From positions 6,128 through 70,127 of the forward strand of contig BQXR01000010.1 in assembly GCA_033238645.1 (NCBI GenBank): a stretch of DNA of 64,000 nt, read 5' to 3'. This DNA comes from Thiomicrorhabdus sp. GTDB taxonomy: Bacteria; Pseudomonadota; Gammaproteobacteria; Thiomicrospirales; Thiomicrospiraceae. The notes below the pieces were generated by a model. The model ran no database searches. It was not told the DNA's origin and worked only from the letters and a program-made list of their open reading frames with translations. Shown one piece after another: positions 1-10,082 of the stretch. The position numbers and the translations under genes are program-made. Within the stretch, counting starts at the first letter, position 1. Every line of letters begins with the position of its first letter.

Positions 1-110
1 TCAATTTCACGCGGGCTAAAAACGCCCCATGTGGTTGCAAACGTAAGATCCTTACCCATTAATTGCGTTTTAATCTCTAAGTCTTGTTTTAGTTCGTCAA
101 TAGTGGCCAC
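1..110 (-). CDS. Class I SAM-dependent methyltransferase (RsmC/MTS-like), 5' part; runs off the left edge
   Basis: Not in the ORF track. Manual translation from GTG at 110 gives MATIDELKQDLEIKTQLMGKDLTFATTWGVFSPREID, which resembles the N-terminus of small-domain methyltransferases (TTWGxFSPxxID). Confidence 0.6.
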   Translation of the reverse strand, partial: MATIDELKQDLEIKTQLMGKDLTFATTWGVFSPREI

Positions 111-174
111 TTTTGTATTTTCCCAAAGTAATTTTGATGGTTTTGAATTATCATATTGTACCTTCTTTATTTAT

Positions 175-435
175 GGAGCCTCTCAACAAATCCTTTAATT
201 TCTGGCAACGCCAAATTTTTGTCATCAAGGCAGGTTTTTGCAATAGTATCTCGATACTACAAAACAATCTAATAATGAGGACTAAAACTTGGCTAAGCCC
301 CGAAGGGTGGGCCTTCAAGCAGCCCTCTCCTGCGTTATGATTCTTGATAGGGGAACAACCCCTATCTGCGAACCACGTCTTGAATAGAGCAACTTGAAGG
401 CTCACAGAATTTTAAAGGACTTGTTCAGAGGCTCC
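175..435. mobile_element. MITE-like non-autonomous element (261 bp) with ~30-bp terminal inverted repeats
   Basis: Left end 175-204 is GGAGCCTCTCAACAAATCCTTTAATTTCTG; the reverse complement of 405-435 is GGAGCCTCTGAACAAGTCCTTTAAAATTCTG. Flanks are TTAT and TTAA. Internal dyads lie at 244-259, 346-366 and 311-319/393-401. Confidence 0.7.
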
Positions 436-472
436 TTAACCACTTTGAAAACCGGTAAAACAATCAAACTAC

Positions 473-2506
473 ATGCATAGCTTAAACGAAAGACAACGCC
501 AAGCCGTTCTACACACGGAGACCCCCGCCCTAGTACTTGCAGGTGCAGGCTCTGGAAAAACCCGTGTTATTACCGAGAAGATCGCCTACCTAATCCGTAA
601 GTGCGATATCAAAGCACATAATATTTATGCTTTGACCTTTACCAATAAATCGGCCAAAGAGATGAAGGAGCGTGTTACTAAACTGCTTAGAGATGAAAAT
701 ACCAAAGGGCTAAATGTCTCTACCTTTCATAACCTCGGGTTAAATATTATTCGCCAAGAGTACAAACACTTAGGTTATAAATCTAACTTCTCAATTATGG
801 ATGCTGCTGATTCGGGGCAGATTTTGAAAGAGCTGATGCTTAAGCAGACGGTTGATCCAGAAGTGCTCGATGGTGTGCAGTGGGATATTTCTAGCTGGAA
901 AAATGATCGCGTGAGTCCGCAACAAGCCTTAGAACAGGCGGAGGATGCACAGCAACAAGCTCGTGCAATCTTATATCAAGCTTACGAGAAACAACTACAC
1001 GCCTACAATGCCGTGGACTTTGATGATTTGATTGGCTTGCCCGTTAGGCTCTTCGCTGAAAACCTAGACGCTCGTGAACGCTGGCAAAATAAAGTCCGTT
1101 ACCTATTGGTAGATGAGTATCAAGATACCAACGCCTCTCAGTATGCCTTAGTTAAATACCTTGTGGGTATTCGTGCCCGTTTTACCGTGGTTGGCGATGA
1201 TGATCAGTCTATCTATGCTTGGCGAGGTGCCCAGCCTGAAAATTTAGCGCTACTCAAAGAGGATTTTCCTGCACTTGAACTGATTAAGTTAGAGCAGAAC
1301 TACCGCTCGAGTAACCGAATTCTGCAAAGTGCCAACCAACTTATCTCTAATAACCCACACCTTTTCGAAAAAAAGTTGTGGAGTGATATGGGTCTAGGCG
1401 ACCCACTTAGAGTGATCGCTTGTGCTAATGAGAACCAAGAAGCCGAGCGTGTTGTCTCTGAGATCATTGTTCACAAGTTTAAAACACGCAGTAAAAACAA
1501 AGATTACGCCATCTTGTATCGTGGTAATCACCAATCTCGATTAATAGAACGTGCTCTACGTGAGCAGAATATTCAGTATGTTATCTCTGGCGGAAAATCA
1601 TTCTTTGACCATGCCGAGGTCAAAGATATCATGAGCTATCTTCGTCTGATTGTGAATCCTGATGATGATGCGGCCTTTTTAAGAATCGTCAACACACCGC
1701 GCAGAGAGATTGGCGCATCTACTTTAGAAAAACTCGCCACCTATGCAACAGGACGCGGCATTAGTCTATTTGATGCAACACAGGAATTTGGCATCACGAC
1801 CATTTTGTCAGAGAAGGCCCTCAAACGTGTCCAACACTTTGGCCAACAACTGCTTAAGTGGGCACAAGACGCCGATGCAGCCGAGGGTGAAGAGGTCACC
1901 TCATTTATTAAACAACTGATTGAAAATCTAGAGTATGACAATTGGATTCATGAAAATGCCAGCAATCCAAAAGCCGCAGAAAAACGCATTAACAATGTAC
2001 GAGAGCTCGTGACTTGGATTGAGCGTATTGTTAATAAGGCCAAAGAGGAAGATGGTGAAGATAAACGCCTAGAGACGATTGTCACCCATATGATGCTAAT
2101 GGATATGATGGAGCGCAATGAGTCTGAAAAAGAGCATGATATGGTTAGTCTAATGACCTTGCATGCCTCTAAAGGGCTAGAGTTCCCACATGTATTTTTA
2201 ATTGGCATGGAAGAAGAGCTTCTACCGCATAAGCAAAATATGGAGTCTCCAGGCTTAGAGGAAGAGCGTCGCCTTGCTTATGTCGGTATCACCCGAGCAA
2301 AAAGAACCATGACCATGACTTATGCAACAAAACGCCGTAAGTATGGTGAAGATATGGCCTGTGAGCCAAGCCGCTTTCTTGAAGAACTGCCAGAAGAGGC
2401 TTTAAAGTGGGAAGGAAAACCCGGTGTCGTTGTCAGTAAAGAAGAGCAAATGGATCATGGAAATGCACATCTTGCCAGCTTGAAGTCATTTCTAAAAAAG
2501 GATTAA
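473..2506 (+). CDS. rep: ATP-dependent DNA helicase Rep (UvrD family)
   Basis: LAGAGSGKT, DEYQD and EEERRLAYVGITRA motifs; 677 aa. Confidence 0.93.
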   Translation: MHSLNERQRQAVLHTETPALVLAGAGSGKTRVITEKIAYLIRKCDIKAHNIYALTFTNKSAKEMKERVTKLLRDENTKGLNVSTFHNLGLNIIRQEYKHLGYKSNFSIMDAADSGQILKELMLKQTVDPEVLDGVQWDISSWKNDRVSPQQALEQAEDAQQQARAILYQAYEKQLHAYNAVDFDDLIGLPVRLFAENLDARERWQNKVRYLLVDEYQDTNASQYALVKYLVGIRARFTVVGDDDQSIYAWRGAQPENLALLKEDFPALELIKLEQNYRSSNRILQSANQLISNNPHLFEKKLWSDMGLGDPLRVIACANENQEAERVVSEIIVHKFKTRSKNKDYAILYRGNHQSRLIERALREQNIQYVISGGKSFFDHAEVKDIMSYLRLIVNPDDDAAFLRIVNTPRREIGASTLEKLATYATGRGISLFDATQEFGITTILSEKALKRVQHFGQQLLKWAQDADAAEGEEVTSFIKQLIENLEYDNWIHENASNPKAAEKRINNVRELVTWIERIVNKAKEEDGEDKRLETIVTHMMLMDMMERNESEKEHDMVSLMTLHASKGLEFPHVFLIGMEEELLPHKQNMESPGLEEERRLAYVGITRAKRTMTMTYATKRRKYGEDMACEPSRFLEELPEEALKWEGKPGVVVSKEEQMDHGNAHLASLKSFLKKD

Positions 2507-2519
2507 ATTAGAGGTTTTT

Positions 2520-3734
2520 ATGTCTATTTCACCTAACAACACCAGCGAAAATATCAATCCTTTTCAGTTTGCCCCTATGCCTCACATCCATTTTGGTTGG
2601 GGCATAAGACAAAAGCTACTCGACTCTCTCTCCAAAGATTACACTGGGCATATCGTACTGATTACTGGAAAAAGTATTTCTGAGCAGGGGCTATTTGGTG
2701 AGACACTCCTACAACAGCTAAAAAAAACTGCCTCTAATGTTAAGCATTTCATTGTTTCTGGTGAGCCATCCCCCATGCTAGTTGATGAGATTGTTCAACA
2801 GTGTCATGTTGATAGCCAAGCAGTGATAGGACTAGGCGGAGGCAGTGTTTTAGATGCAGCTAAAGCCGTTGCAGGATTAATCCCTAGCCAGACTTCCGTA
2901 ATGGACTATTTAGAAGGGGTTGGTTTAGGCAAACCGTTTCACGTGGAAACCTGCCCTTTTATCGCGATTCCAACCACCGCAGGAACGGGCAGTGAAACAA
3001 CCAAAAATGCAGTCCTTACAGAAATAGGCACTTTCAAAAAGTCATTCCGCGATGAGCAGCTTCTCGCAAAACAGGCTTGGCTAGACCCAGAACTACTGAA
3101 AAGCTGCCCTTTAGAAGTACTTTATGCCACAGGACTAGATGCCTTTACTCAACTACTTGAGTCCTATACAACGATTAATGCTAATCCCATCACTGACAGC
3201 TTAGCATGGCAAGGAATGACGCTCTTCAATGGTGCTTTTGAGGATATCAATAGTAAAGACCTTGAGCATCAAAAACGGGGTTATGGCAATTTAATGCTCG
3301 CTGCATCACTTTCAGGAACAACCTTAGCAAACGCAGGCCTTGGTGCTGTACATGGTTTAGCAGGCCCCATAGGGGCTTTCTTTGAGGCACCACATGGTAT
3401 TGTTTGTGCCAAATTATTAAAACCAATTACCGAGTTAAATATTCAATCACTAAAGAAACAAAACTCATCTAGCGGGTTGTTAATTTTAGAAAAATACAGG
3501 CAAATTAGCTACCTATTTAACCCAAATATAGCTGATTCAGAAGCGCTATCAGCACTAATCCACACATTAGATAACCTGACAATAAACTATGCCCCTCAGG
3601 GACTCTCACAATATGGCCTGTCACAAAACAATATAGAAAAAGTTATTGCGAACTGCCGAGGTGGAAGCATGCTTGGCAACCCTGTTACTTTGAGTGATGA
3701 ACAGCTGATAGGTGCAATTGAATCATCCCTTTAA
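2520..3734 (+). CDS. Iron-containing alcohol dehydrogenase
   Basis: GGGSVLD and PTTAGTGSE motifs plus Fe-ADH histidines. Confidence 0.9.
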   Translation: MSISPNNTSENINPFQFAPMPHIHFGWGIRQKLLDSLSKDYTGHIVLITGKSISEQGLFGETLLQQLKKTASNVKHFIVSGEPSPMLVDEIVQQCHVDSQAVIGLGGGSVLDAAKAVAGLIPSQTSVMDYLEGVGLGKPFHVETCPFIAIPTTAGTGSETTKNAVLTEIGTFKKSFRDEQLLAKQAWLDPELLKSCPLEVLYATGLDAFTQLLESYTTINANPITDSLAWQGMTLFNGAFEDINSKDLEHQKRGYGNLMLAASLSGTTLANAGLGAVHGLAGPIGAFFEAPHGIVCAKLLKPITELNIQSLKKQNSSSGLLILEKYRQISYLFNPNIADSEALSALIHTLDNLTINYAPQGLSQYGLSQNNIEKVIANCRGGSMLGNPVTLSDEQLIGAIESSL

Positions 3735-3984
3735 CTAGGGGGGTTTCTAAATATGATGAAATCCCAACTATTTAGGTACTTTTCCCTAGGCACTAAAGGG
3801 TAAAAAAGAGTATCATTACTCCAATTACGGCCTTAATATAAAAGAAAATAGGCACTTTTTTATAAAAACAATTGTATTTAATGCATCATTCAATGGATAA
3901 ATCAGTCGTTTATTATAAATAGATAACAATCCTTTTGAACGCAAACACAACCCTTTTACTATCGCATTCAATCAAGAGCAACTT

Positions 3985-4911
3985 ATGAAAAACCTTAAAA
4001 TCATCTTAGCAACAAGCATCGTACTTATTGCTACCTTCCTTGCACCATCAATCCATGCAGAAAACCTTAGCCAAAATTTGACTCATGCAATGGAAAGTAT
4101 AGTGAGTAAAGATTATGAGATTGTCACGACTTACTATAAAGATTTAGACCAAGATGGTGTTAAAGATCAGTTTGATCACTGTCCAAACAGTTTTTATGGT
4201 ACCGAAGTTGATCAGTTAGGCTGTGAACTTGATAGTGATAGTGACGGAGTTGTTGATCGATTTGATAAGTGCACAAGCACACCATATGGTGCAGTGGTTA
4301 ACACTTTTGGTTGCCAGAACGATGAAGATGGTGATGGTGTATATGATAGCCAAGACTCTTGCCCAGGTACACCAAAGGGTGCGCGTGTTGACTTCAGAGG
4401 TTGTGCAATAGTTGAAGTCGATATTGATCAAGACCAAATTGATGATTCGGTTGATGAGTGTACAGATACGCCTTTCAGAACCAAAGTCAATGGCCTCGGA
4501 TGTGCACCTGTTGAAAGAATTCTGACTAACATTGTTTTTGATTCCTATGCTCATGACGTCCGAGAAGACCAGGCCAGTATTCTAAGACAGGATGCGGCTC
4601 ATTTAAGTGACTTAAATGATAATGAAGTAATCTTAATTACAGGCCACACTGATTACCAAGGCATGGAACCAATAAACTTGCGCCTCTCTTGGCGCCGTGC
4701 GAACAGTGCTAAACAATTCCTCATTAAAGAGCTTGGCCACAGCGAAGACCGTGTATATATTATGGGTAAGGGTGAAATGGAACCGATTGCTGACAACGAA
4801 ACTGAAGATGGTCGTCAGAAGAACCGTCGAATTGAGCTTAAAGTGATTACTGATGAAGCACTGCCTATCGATGCACAACTTAATATCCCTGAAGAGATGC
4901 TAAAGCGATAG
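3985..4911 (+). CDS. OmpA-family protein with thrombospondin type-3 Ca-binding repeats
   Basis: Signal peptide, four DxDxDGVxDxxDxCP-type repeats, and a C-terminal OmpA domain (GHTD...NLRLSWRRA...NRRIE). Confidence 0.88.
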   Translation: MKNLKIILATSIVLIATFLAPSIHAENLSQNLTHAMESIVSKDYEIVTTYYKDLDQDGVKDQFDHCPNSFYGTEVDQLGCELDSDSDGVVDRFDKCTSTPYGAVVNTFGCQNDEDGDGVYDSQDSCPGTPKGARVDFRGCAIVEVDIDQDQIDDSVDECTDTPFRTKVNGLGCAPVERILTNIVFDSYAHDVREDQASILRQDAAHLSDLNDNEVILITGHTDYQGMEPINLRLSWRRANSAKQFLIKELGHSEDRVYIMGKGEMEPIADNETEDGRQKNRRIELKVITDEALPIDAQLNIPEEMLKR

Positions 4912-4996
4912 AAAAGAATACCATCAAAATAATGGCTAAGCTCAAATTTAACGGTTTAGCATTGCCTTTATATTTAACCCTATATAAACTGTTGCC

Positions 4997-5659
4997 ATGA
5001 ATAAACAGTTTGGGTTAAATACTTTTGTTTTCTGCTTAATAACAGCGCTGGGCATTGCTTGGGTTACCGCTGGAGAAGCACCTCGTATGATCTCTGCACA
5101 AGAGATTCAATCTGCCATAAACACCTACGGCCCCCCTGCTGGAAAACGACTTCAAGCTTGGCAGAAATTAGTTGACGAAAACATTAACCTTCCTGAAGAG
5201 GAAAAACTCACCAACGTAAATAAGTTCTTTAATAAAGTTCGATTTATTTCTGACATACTGCACTGGAATAAAAAAGACTACTGGGCAACCCCTGTTGAGC
5301 TACTTTCAACCAATGGTGGAGACTGTGAAGACTATACTATTGCCAAATATTTCACGCTTAAAGCGCTCGGTGTTTCAGAAAAGAAACTCTACCTTACCTA
5401 TGTAAAAGCCATTCGTCTTAACCAGGCACACATGGTACTCACCTATTTTAAAACACCAAAATCAATTCCTGTTGTTTTAGACAATATCAATCCACGAATA
5501 CTCAAAGCAACTAAACGTAGAGACCTTGTACCTATATACAGCTTTAATGGTGATGGACTCTGGTTAGCTCGGCAACGAGGCAAAGGAAGGTCTGTTTCTG
5601 GTGGAACCAAAAAACTAAAAGCATGGAACAACCTACTTCAACGTCTTGATACCAATTAA
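4997..5659 (+). CDS. lapG: Transglutaminase-like cysteine protease (BTLCP), LapG type
   Basis: YWATP...GDCEDY, AHMVL and VLDN catalytic triad; adjacent to lapD. Confidence 0.92.
   Translation: MNKQFGLNTFVFCLITALGIAWVTAGEAPRMISAQEIQSAINTYGPPAGKRLQAWQKLVDENINLPEEEKLTNVNKFFNKVRFISDILHWNKKDYWATPVELLSTNGGDCEDYTIAKYFTLKALGVSEKKLYLTYVKAIRLNQAHMVLTYFKTPKSIPVVLDNINPRILKATKRRDLVPIYSFNGDGLWLARQRGKGRSVSGGTKKLKAWNNLLQRLDTN
5131..5140 (+). repeat. Polar C-run-TGCT motif copy (in lapG)
   Basis: CCCCCCTGCT, read in frame as Pro-Pro-Ala. Confidence 0.6.
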
Positions 5660-5746
5660 TATGCTAAACATGTTTTTTACTCAATACATTTTTTCGAATA
5701 CACTACTAACCACTGCTATCCGCACTTGTTACAAAGGACTTAGATT

Positions 5747-7693
5747 ATGAGCTTGAATAAACAGATGATTATTTTCATAGCATCACTGCTATGCATCTTG
5801 CTAATCGGAACCTTTGGCCTAAATCTAAATAACACTAAAAACTTCCTACAACAACAACTTAGCTCTCACGCGCAGGATACAGCGACCTCTCTAGGTCTTT
5901 CATTGAGTTCAATAGAAGATCCAGAAGACATCTCTAGTATGGAAACGATGATTAATGCGGTGTTTGATAGAGGTTATTATGCAACGATTGAACTGATTGA
6001 TATTGAAGGTGAAACAATTTATCGCAAAGATAATACGAGTGAAATGGAGGAAGTTCCCAGCCTATTTATTAATACAATTAAACTCTCTGCCCCCCCTGCT
6101 CAAGCCCTTGTACAATCTGGCTGGATGCCAATTGGCACGCTCACAGTTACAAGCCATACTGGCTATGCTTATATCGAACTTTGGAAGTCCGCAATCAATA
6201 TATTTTTATGGTTCTCAATTGCTGCTTTTGCTGCAATTATGATCATTATCTTCACGCTAAAAATCATTCTTAAACCTTTGAAAAAAATGGAAGCACAAGC
6301 GCAGGCTATTGTTAAAAAAGAGTATCTACTTCAGGAAGATCTACCTGCAACCATTGAGTTCCGCGAAGTTGTGTCGGCCATGAATGCGATGGTGACCAAA
6401 CTTAAAACCGTTTTTGAGCGAGACGCAAATACGGCTGAAAAATTACAGAAAATGGCCTTCCAAGACTCAGTCACCGAACTGAGTAACCGAACTCACTTTG
6501 AAATGATTATTGACTCATTACTTGATCCAAATAATGAGTCAGTACCAGGAACGATCCTTTTAATTCGGGTTCAAGAGTTAAAAGAGCTTAATGATAAATT
6601 TGGTTATCTTTCAGGTGATAAGCTTATGAAGTTACTTGCTGACAGCATGCTGGACAACCTTAATCATGGCGATAGTATCTTTGCACGATTAAACGGAACA
6701 GAGTTAGTTGCGGTATTACCAGGAACCCCCCCTGCTCAAATCAAACCACAGGCAGAAGCAATTACCCATAACATGGCTAATGTACTGAAAAGCATCTCTG
6801 CAGAAGGGGCGTCTACCTCTATCTCTATTGCCTATATGCACTATGAACCTGGGCAGAGAAGAGGCCCACTATTGGCAAGTTTAGATTTTGCAATTGAACA
6901 GGCTAATCAGCAAGGCAAAAATAGTGCCTACTACTACAAACAAACAGACGAAAATAATAATGAAACACAATCGTGGGAGAAGATGCTTACTGATGCTATC
7001 GATAATAAGCGCTTTGTACTTTTCCAACAGAGTGCTTACGATCATTCTAGAATGATACATGATCAAGAGATCTTAATTCGTATGCACGACCTAGATGGTA
7101 GCGTGAAGTCCGCAGGCTACTTTATGCCAGCTGTTGAACAGTTGAACAAGGTGGCTGAGATTGACCAACTAGTTATTGAGCTTGCTATTCAGTATCTAAA
7201 AACACAACCTGACAATCATCTACTGGCCATCAACCTCTCTAAGTCGATTATTGATAATGGTCAATTTAAAACTTGGTTATTTAAAGCTATTTCTGCACTT
7301 GGACCTCTTGCGAAGAACTTATCTTTTGAAATGCCTGAACGCCTTATATTTGAAGAAAAGGTTTCTGCTTGGCCACTAATAAATGAATTAAAAGCACAAG
7401 GGGTTAGGTTTGGTATTGACCACTTTGGTAGTCGATTAACTAATATGAGGTATCTACAAGACTTACGTCCAGATTACGTTAAGCTTGACGCCTCTTTCAG
7501 TAAAGTCATTGAAAATAATGAACAAACTAGAGACTATGTATCAAGCTTGTGCGAGTTAACCGATAGTTTAGATATCAAAGTGATTGCAATGGCCGTTGAA
7601 AATGAAGAACAGCAAAAAGCCTTCACTGATCTTGGTGTTGATTATTTCCAAGGCTATTTCTACGGGGCGCCAAGCCCAATTAATCAAACTTAA
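5747..7693 (+). CDS. lapD: LapD/MoxY c-di-GMP receptor (periplasmic-HAMP-degenerate GGDEF-EAL)
   Basis: QQQLSSHAQDTATSLGLSLS N-terminus, two TM segments, degenerate GGDEF (RLNGTEL) and EAL-like domain; follows lapG. Confidence 0.92.
   Translation: MSLNKQMIIFIASLLCILLIGTFGLNLNNTKNFLQQQLSSHAQDTATSLGLSLSSIEDPEDISSMETMINAVFDRGYYATIELIDIEGETIYRKDNTSEMEEVPSLFINTIKLSAPPAQALVQSGWMPIGTLTVTSHTGYAYIELWKSAINIFLWFSIAAFAAIMIIIFTLKIILKPLKKMEAQAQAIVKKEYLLQEDLPATIEFREVVSAMNAMVTKLKTVFERDANTAEKLQKMAFQDSVTELSNRTHFEMIIDSLLDPNNESVPGTILLIRVQELKELNDKFGYLSGDKLMKLLADSMLDNLNHGDSIFARLNGTELVAVLPGTPPAQIKPQAEAITHNMANVLKSISAEGASTSISIAYMHYEPGQRRGPLLASLDFAIEQANQQGKNSAYYYKQTDENNNETQSWEKMLTDAIDNKRFVLFQQSAYDHSRMIHDQEILIRMHDLDGSVKSAGYFMPAVEQLNKVAEIDQLVIELAIQYLKTQPDNHLLAINLSKSIIDNGQFKTWLFKAISALGPLAKNLSFEMPERLIFEEKVSAWPLINELKAQGVRFGIDHFGSRLTNMRYLQDLRPDYVKLDASFSKVIENNEQTRDYVSSLCELTDSLDIKVIAMAVENEEQQKAFTDLGVDYFQGYFYGAPSPINQT
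6090..6103 (+). repeat. Polar motif copy (in lapD)
   Basis: C7-TGCTCAA, encoding PPAQ. Confidence 0.7.
6726..6741 (+). repeat. Polar motif copy (in lapD)
   Basis: C7-TGCTCAAAT, encoding PPAQI. Confidence 0.75.
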
Positions 7694-7850
7694 CAGCATA
7701 CAACTTCGCTTCGGATATGATTAGACAAGCATTTAAAATACCCTAGAATACGCAGGGTATGCTAACATTTCACATGCTAGTTACCATACACTTGAAAATC
7801 ATGTCCAATATTACAAAAAATGACGAACCACAAGGCCTCTCAAAACAGAT

Positions 7851-10079
7851 ATGGAAAATAACAATCCAAGCAATAACGTTGAGCCAGCCGTGCAAGCCCC
7901 CAATACAGAATCAGAGAAAAACACCGATCCTGTTACTGAAACAAAGCATGACTCTACCTTTGACCTTCATAGCCCTCTACTAGACTGTTTAGTCATCTAT
8001 ACCAAATTAAATAGAACACCTTTTTCAAAAGAGTCTCTGATTGCGGGACTTCCAATAGACAAAGACATCATTTCGCCTGAAATATTTATACGTGCTGCTG
8101 ACCGAGCAAGTCTTGTTGCTAGCTTTAAAGAACGTTCACTAGAGAACATTTCAAACCTTGTTCTACCTTGTATTCTGACTCTTAAAAATAATCAAGCATG
8201 TATCCTAGAAAAAATTGATATCGAAGCTGGTAACGCGCGTATTATCATGCCTGAAGCTCCTGAGGGTACTGTAGAGGTTGACCTTTCAAAACTAAGTGAT
8301 GACTACACAGGCTTTACCATTTATTTAACCTCAAAAATCCATCATGACCAAAAATCTGAAGACTTAATGGGATTTGAAAAAGGTCATTGGTTTTGGAGTA
8401 CGCTTTGGTCATCAAAAGCAATCTATAGAGATGTATTAATTGCCTCCGTTGTGATTAATTTATTTATCTTGGCCAACCCTCTATTTGTCATGAATGTTTA
8501 TGATCGTATTGTTCCCAATAATGCTGTTGAATCTTTATGGGTTCTCGCAATTGGTGTCAGTGTCGTTTATATGTTCGATATTATTTTAAAATACTTACGA
8601 TCCTATTTTCTTGAGGTTGCAGGAAAGAAAAGTGATGTCATTATGTCTGCAAAAATTTTTGAACAGACTCTAGGTCTAACAATGGCGAATAGGGAGGGTT
8701 CAATAGGCTCGGTTGCTAACACTCTGAGAGAATTTGACAGTATCCGAAGCTTTTTTACCTCGGGAACCATTGCCTCAATCGTCGATCTTCCATTTACAAT
8801 TATATTTTTGCTTGTCATATTCTATGTTGCAGGAAACATTGTATTAGTCCCAATCGCTATTATCATAATCATTCTACTTTATAGCATCCTATTAAAAGGC
8901 CCTATAGAACGTAGCATTGAAACAACCTACGAGGCAAATAGCCGGAAAAATACTGTTCTAATTGAGACCCTAACTGCAATAGAAACAATTAAAGCATTAG
9001 GTGTTGAAGCTAGATCACAGTGGAAATGGGAACAAGCTATTGGAGAAATTGCTAGAGCAAGTATCCGATCTAAAATGTTACAAAGCTCTATCGGTCGAAT
9101 GACTGGATTTATGCAACAGATGAGCACCGTTGTGATTGTTCTAACAGGGGTCTACTTTATCCAAGAGGGTGACTTGACCATGGGGGGGTTGATTGCCACT
9201 GTAATGCTGAGCCAGCGTGCAATCGGCCCTATGGGACAACTTGCTAACTTGACATCAAGCTACTCACAAACTAAAACAGCCCTTGATTCACTAAATGCCT
9301 TAATGGAAAAAGAGATAGAGCGCCCTTCTGAGACCAGATTTATTCAGCATCCAAGATTTGAAGGCCGTATTGAGTTTAATAATGTTAGCTTCACCTACCC
9401 TGGTGAGACCAAACAAGCTTTAAATAGAGTAAGCTTTGTTATTACTCCTGGTGAAAAAGTTGGCATTATCGGACGAATAGGTTCTGGTAAGACCACTATT
9501 GAAAAACTGATACTTGGATTTTACAAGGTAGATGAAGGATCAATATTAATCGATGGAATTGATATTACTCAACTTGATCCTGCTGAATTAAGACGCAATG
9601 TAAATTATGTTCCTCAAGACGTAACCCTTTTCAGTGGAGATGTTCGAGACAATATTTCATATAAAGCGCCATACATTGAAGATGCAGCAATACTTAATGC
9701 TGCTCGTCTTGCTGGTGTAGATGATTTTATAAAGCATCACCCTTCAGGTTATAGTCTTAAAATCAATGAAGGCGGTACATCATTATCAGGTGGTCAGCGT
9801 CAAAGCATAGCCGTTGCCCGAGCACTACTACTGGAGTCACCAATATACTTATTTGATGAACCTACCAATGCGATGGATGCCAAAACTGAGCAGTTGATGA
9901 TTGATCGCCTAAAGCATGGTACGTTAAAAAGTACAACACTACTTGTAACGCATAAAATGAGCCTTCTACAACTTACTGAACGTCTAATGGTTATGGATAG
10001 CGGTAAAGTAATTGCAGATGGACCCAAAGAAACTGTATTAGAAGCCTTGAAAACCGGCAAAATAAGTAAGAAAAAATAA
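7851..10079 (+). CDS. lapB: Type I secretion ABC transporter permease/ATPase (LapB/LssB type)
   Basis: C39-like N-terminal domain, TM domain, GRIGSGKTT Walker A and LSGGQ signature. Confidence 0.9.
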   Translation: MENNNPSNNVEPAVQAPNTESEKNTDPVTETKHDSTFDLHSPLLDCLVIYTKLNRTPFSKESLIAGLPIDKDIISPEIFIRAADRASLVASFKERSLENISNLVLPCILTLKNNQACILEKIDIEAGNARIIMPEAPEGTVEVDLSKLSDDYTGFTIYLTSKIHHDQKSEDLMGFEKGHWFWSTLWSSKAIYRDVLIASVVINLFILANPLFVMNVYDRIVPNNAVESLWVLAIGVSVVYMFDIILKYLRSYFLEVAGKKSDVIMSAKIFEQTLGLTMANREGSIGSVANTLREFDSIRSFFTSGTIASIVDLPFTIIFLLVIFYVAGNIVLVPIAIIIIILLYSILLKGPIERSIETTYEANSRKNTVLIETLTAIETIKALGVEARSQWKWEQAIGEIARASIRSKMLQSSIGRMTGFMQQMSTVVIVLTGVYFIQEGDLTMGGLIATVMLSQRAIGPMGQLANLTSSYSQTKTALDSLNALMEKEIERPSETRFIQHPRFEGRIEFNNVSFTYPGETKQALNRVSFVITPGEKVGIIGRIGSGKTTIEKLILGFYKVDEGSILIDGIDITQLDPAELRRNVNYVPQDVTLFSGDVRDNISYKAPYIEDAAILNAARLAGVDDFIKHHPSGYSLKINEGGTSLSGGQRQSIAVARALLLESPIYLFDEPTNAMDAKTEQLMIDRLKHGTLKSTTLLVTHKMSLLQLTERLMVMDSGKVIADGPKETVLEALKTGKISKKK

Positions 10080-10082
10080 CTT

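Noticed and set aside
113-405. ORF-track ORFs 113-340 (+) and 151-405 (-)
   Set aside because: They lie across the inverted-repeat element, show no protein motifs and have no convincing RBS.
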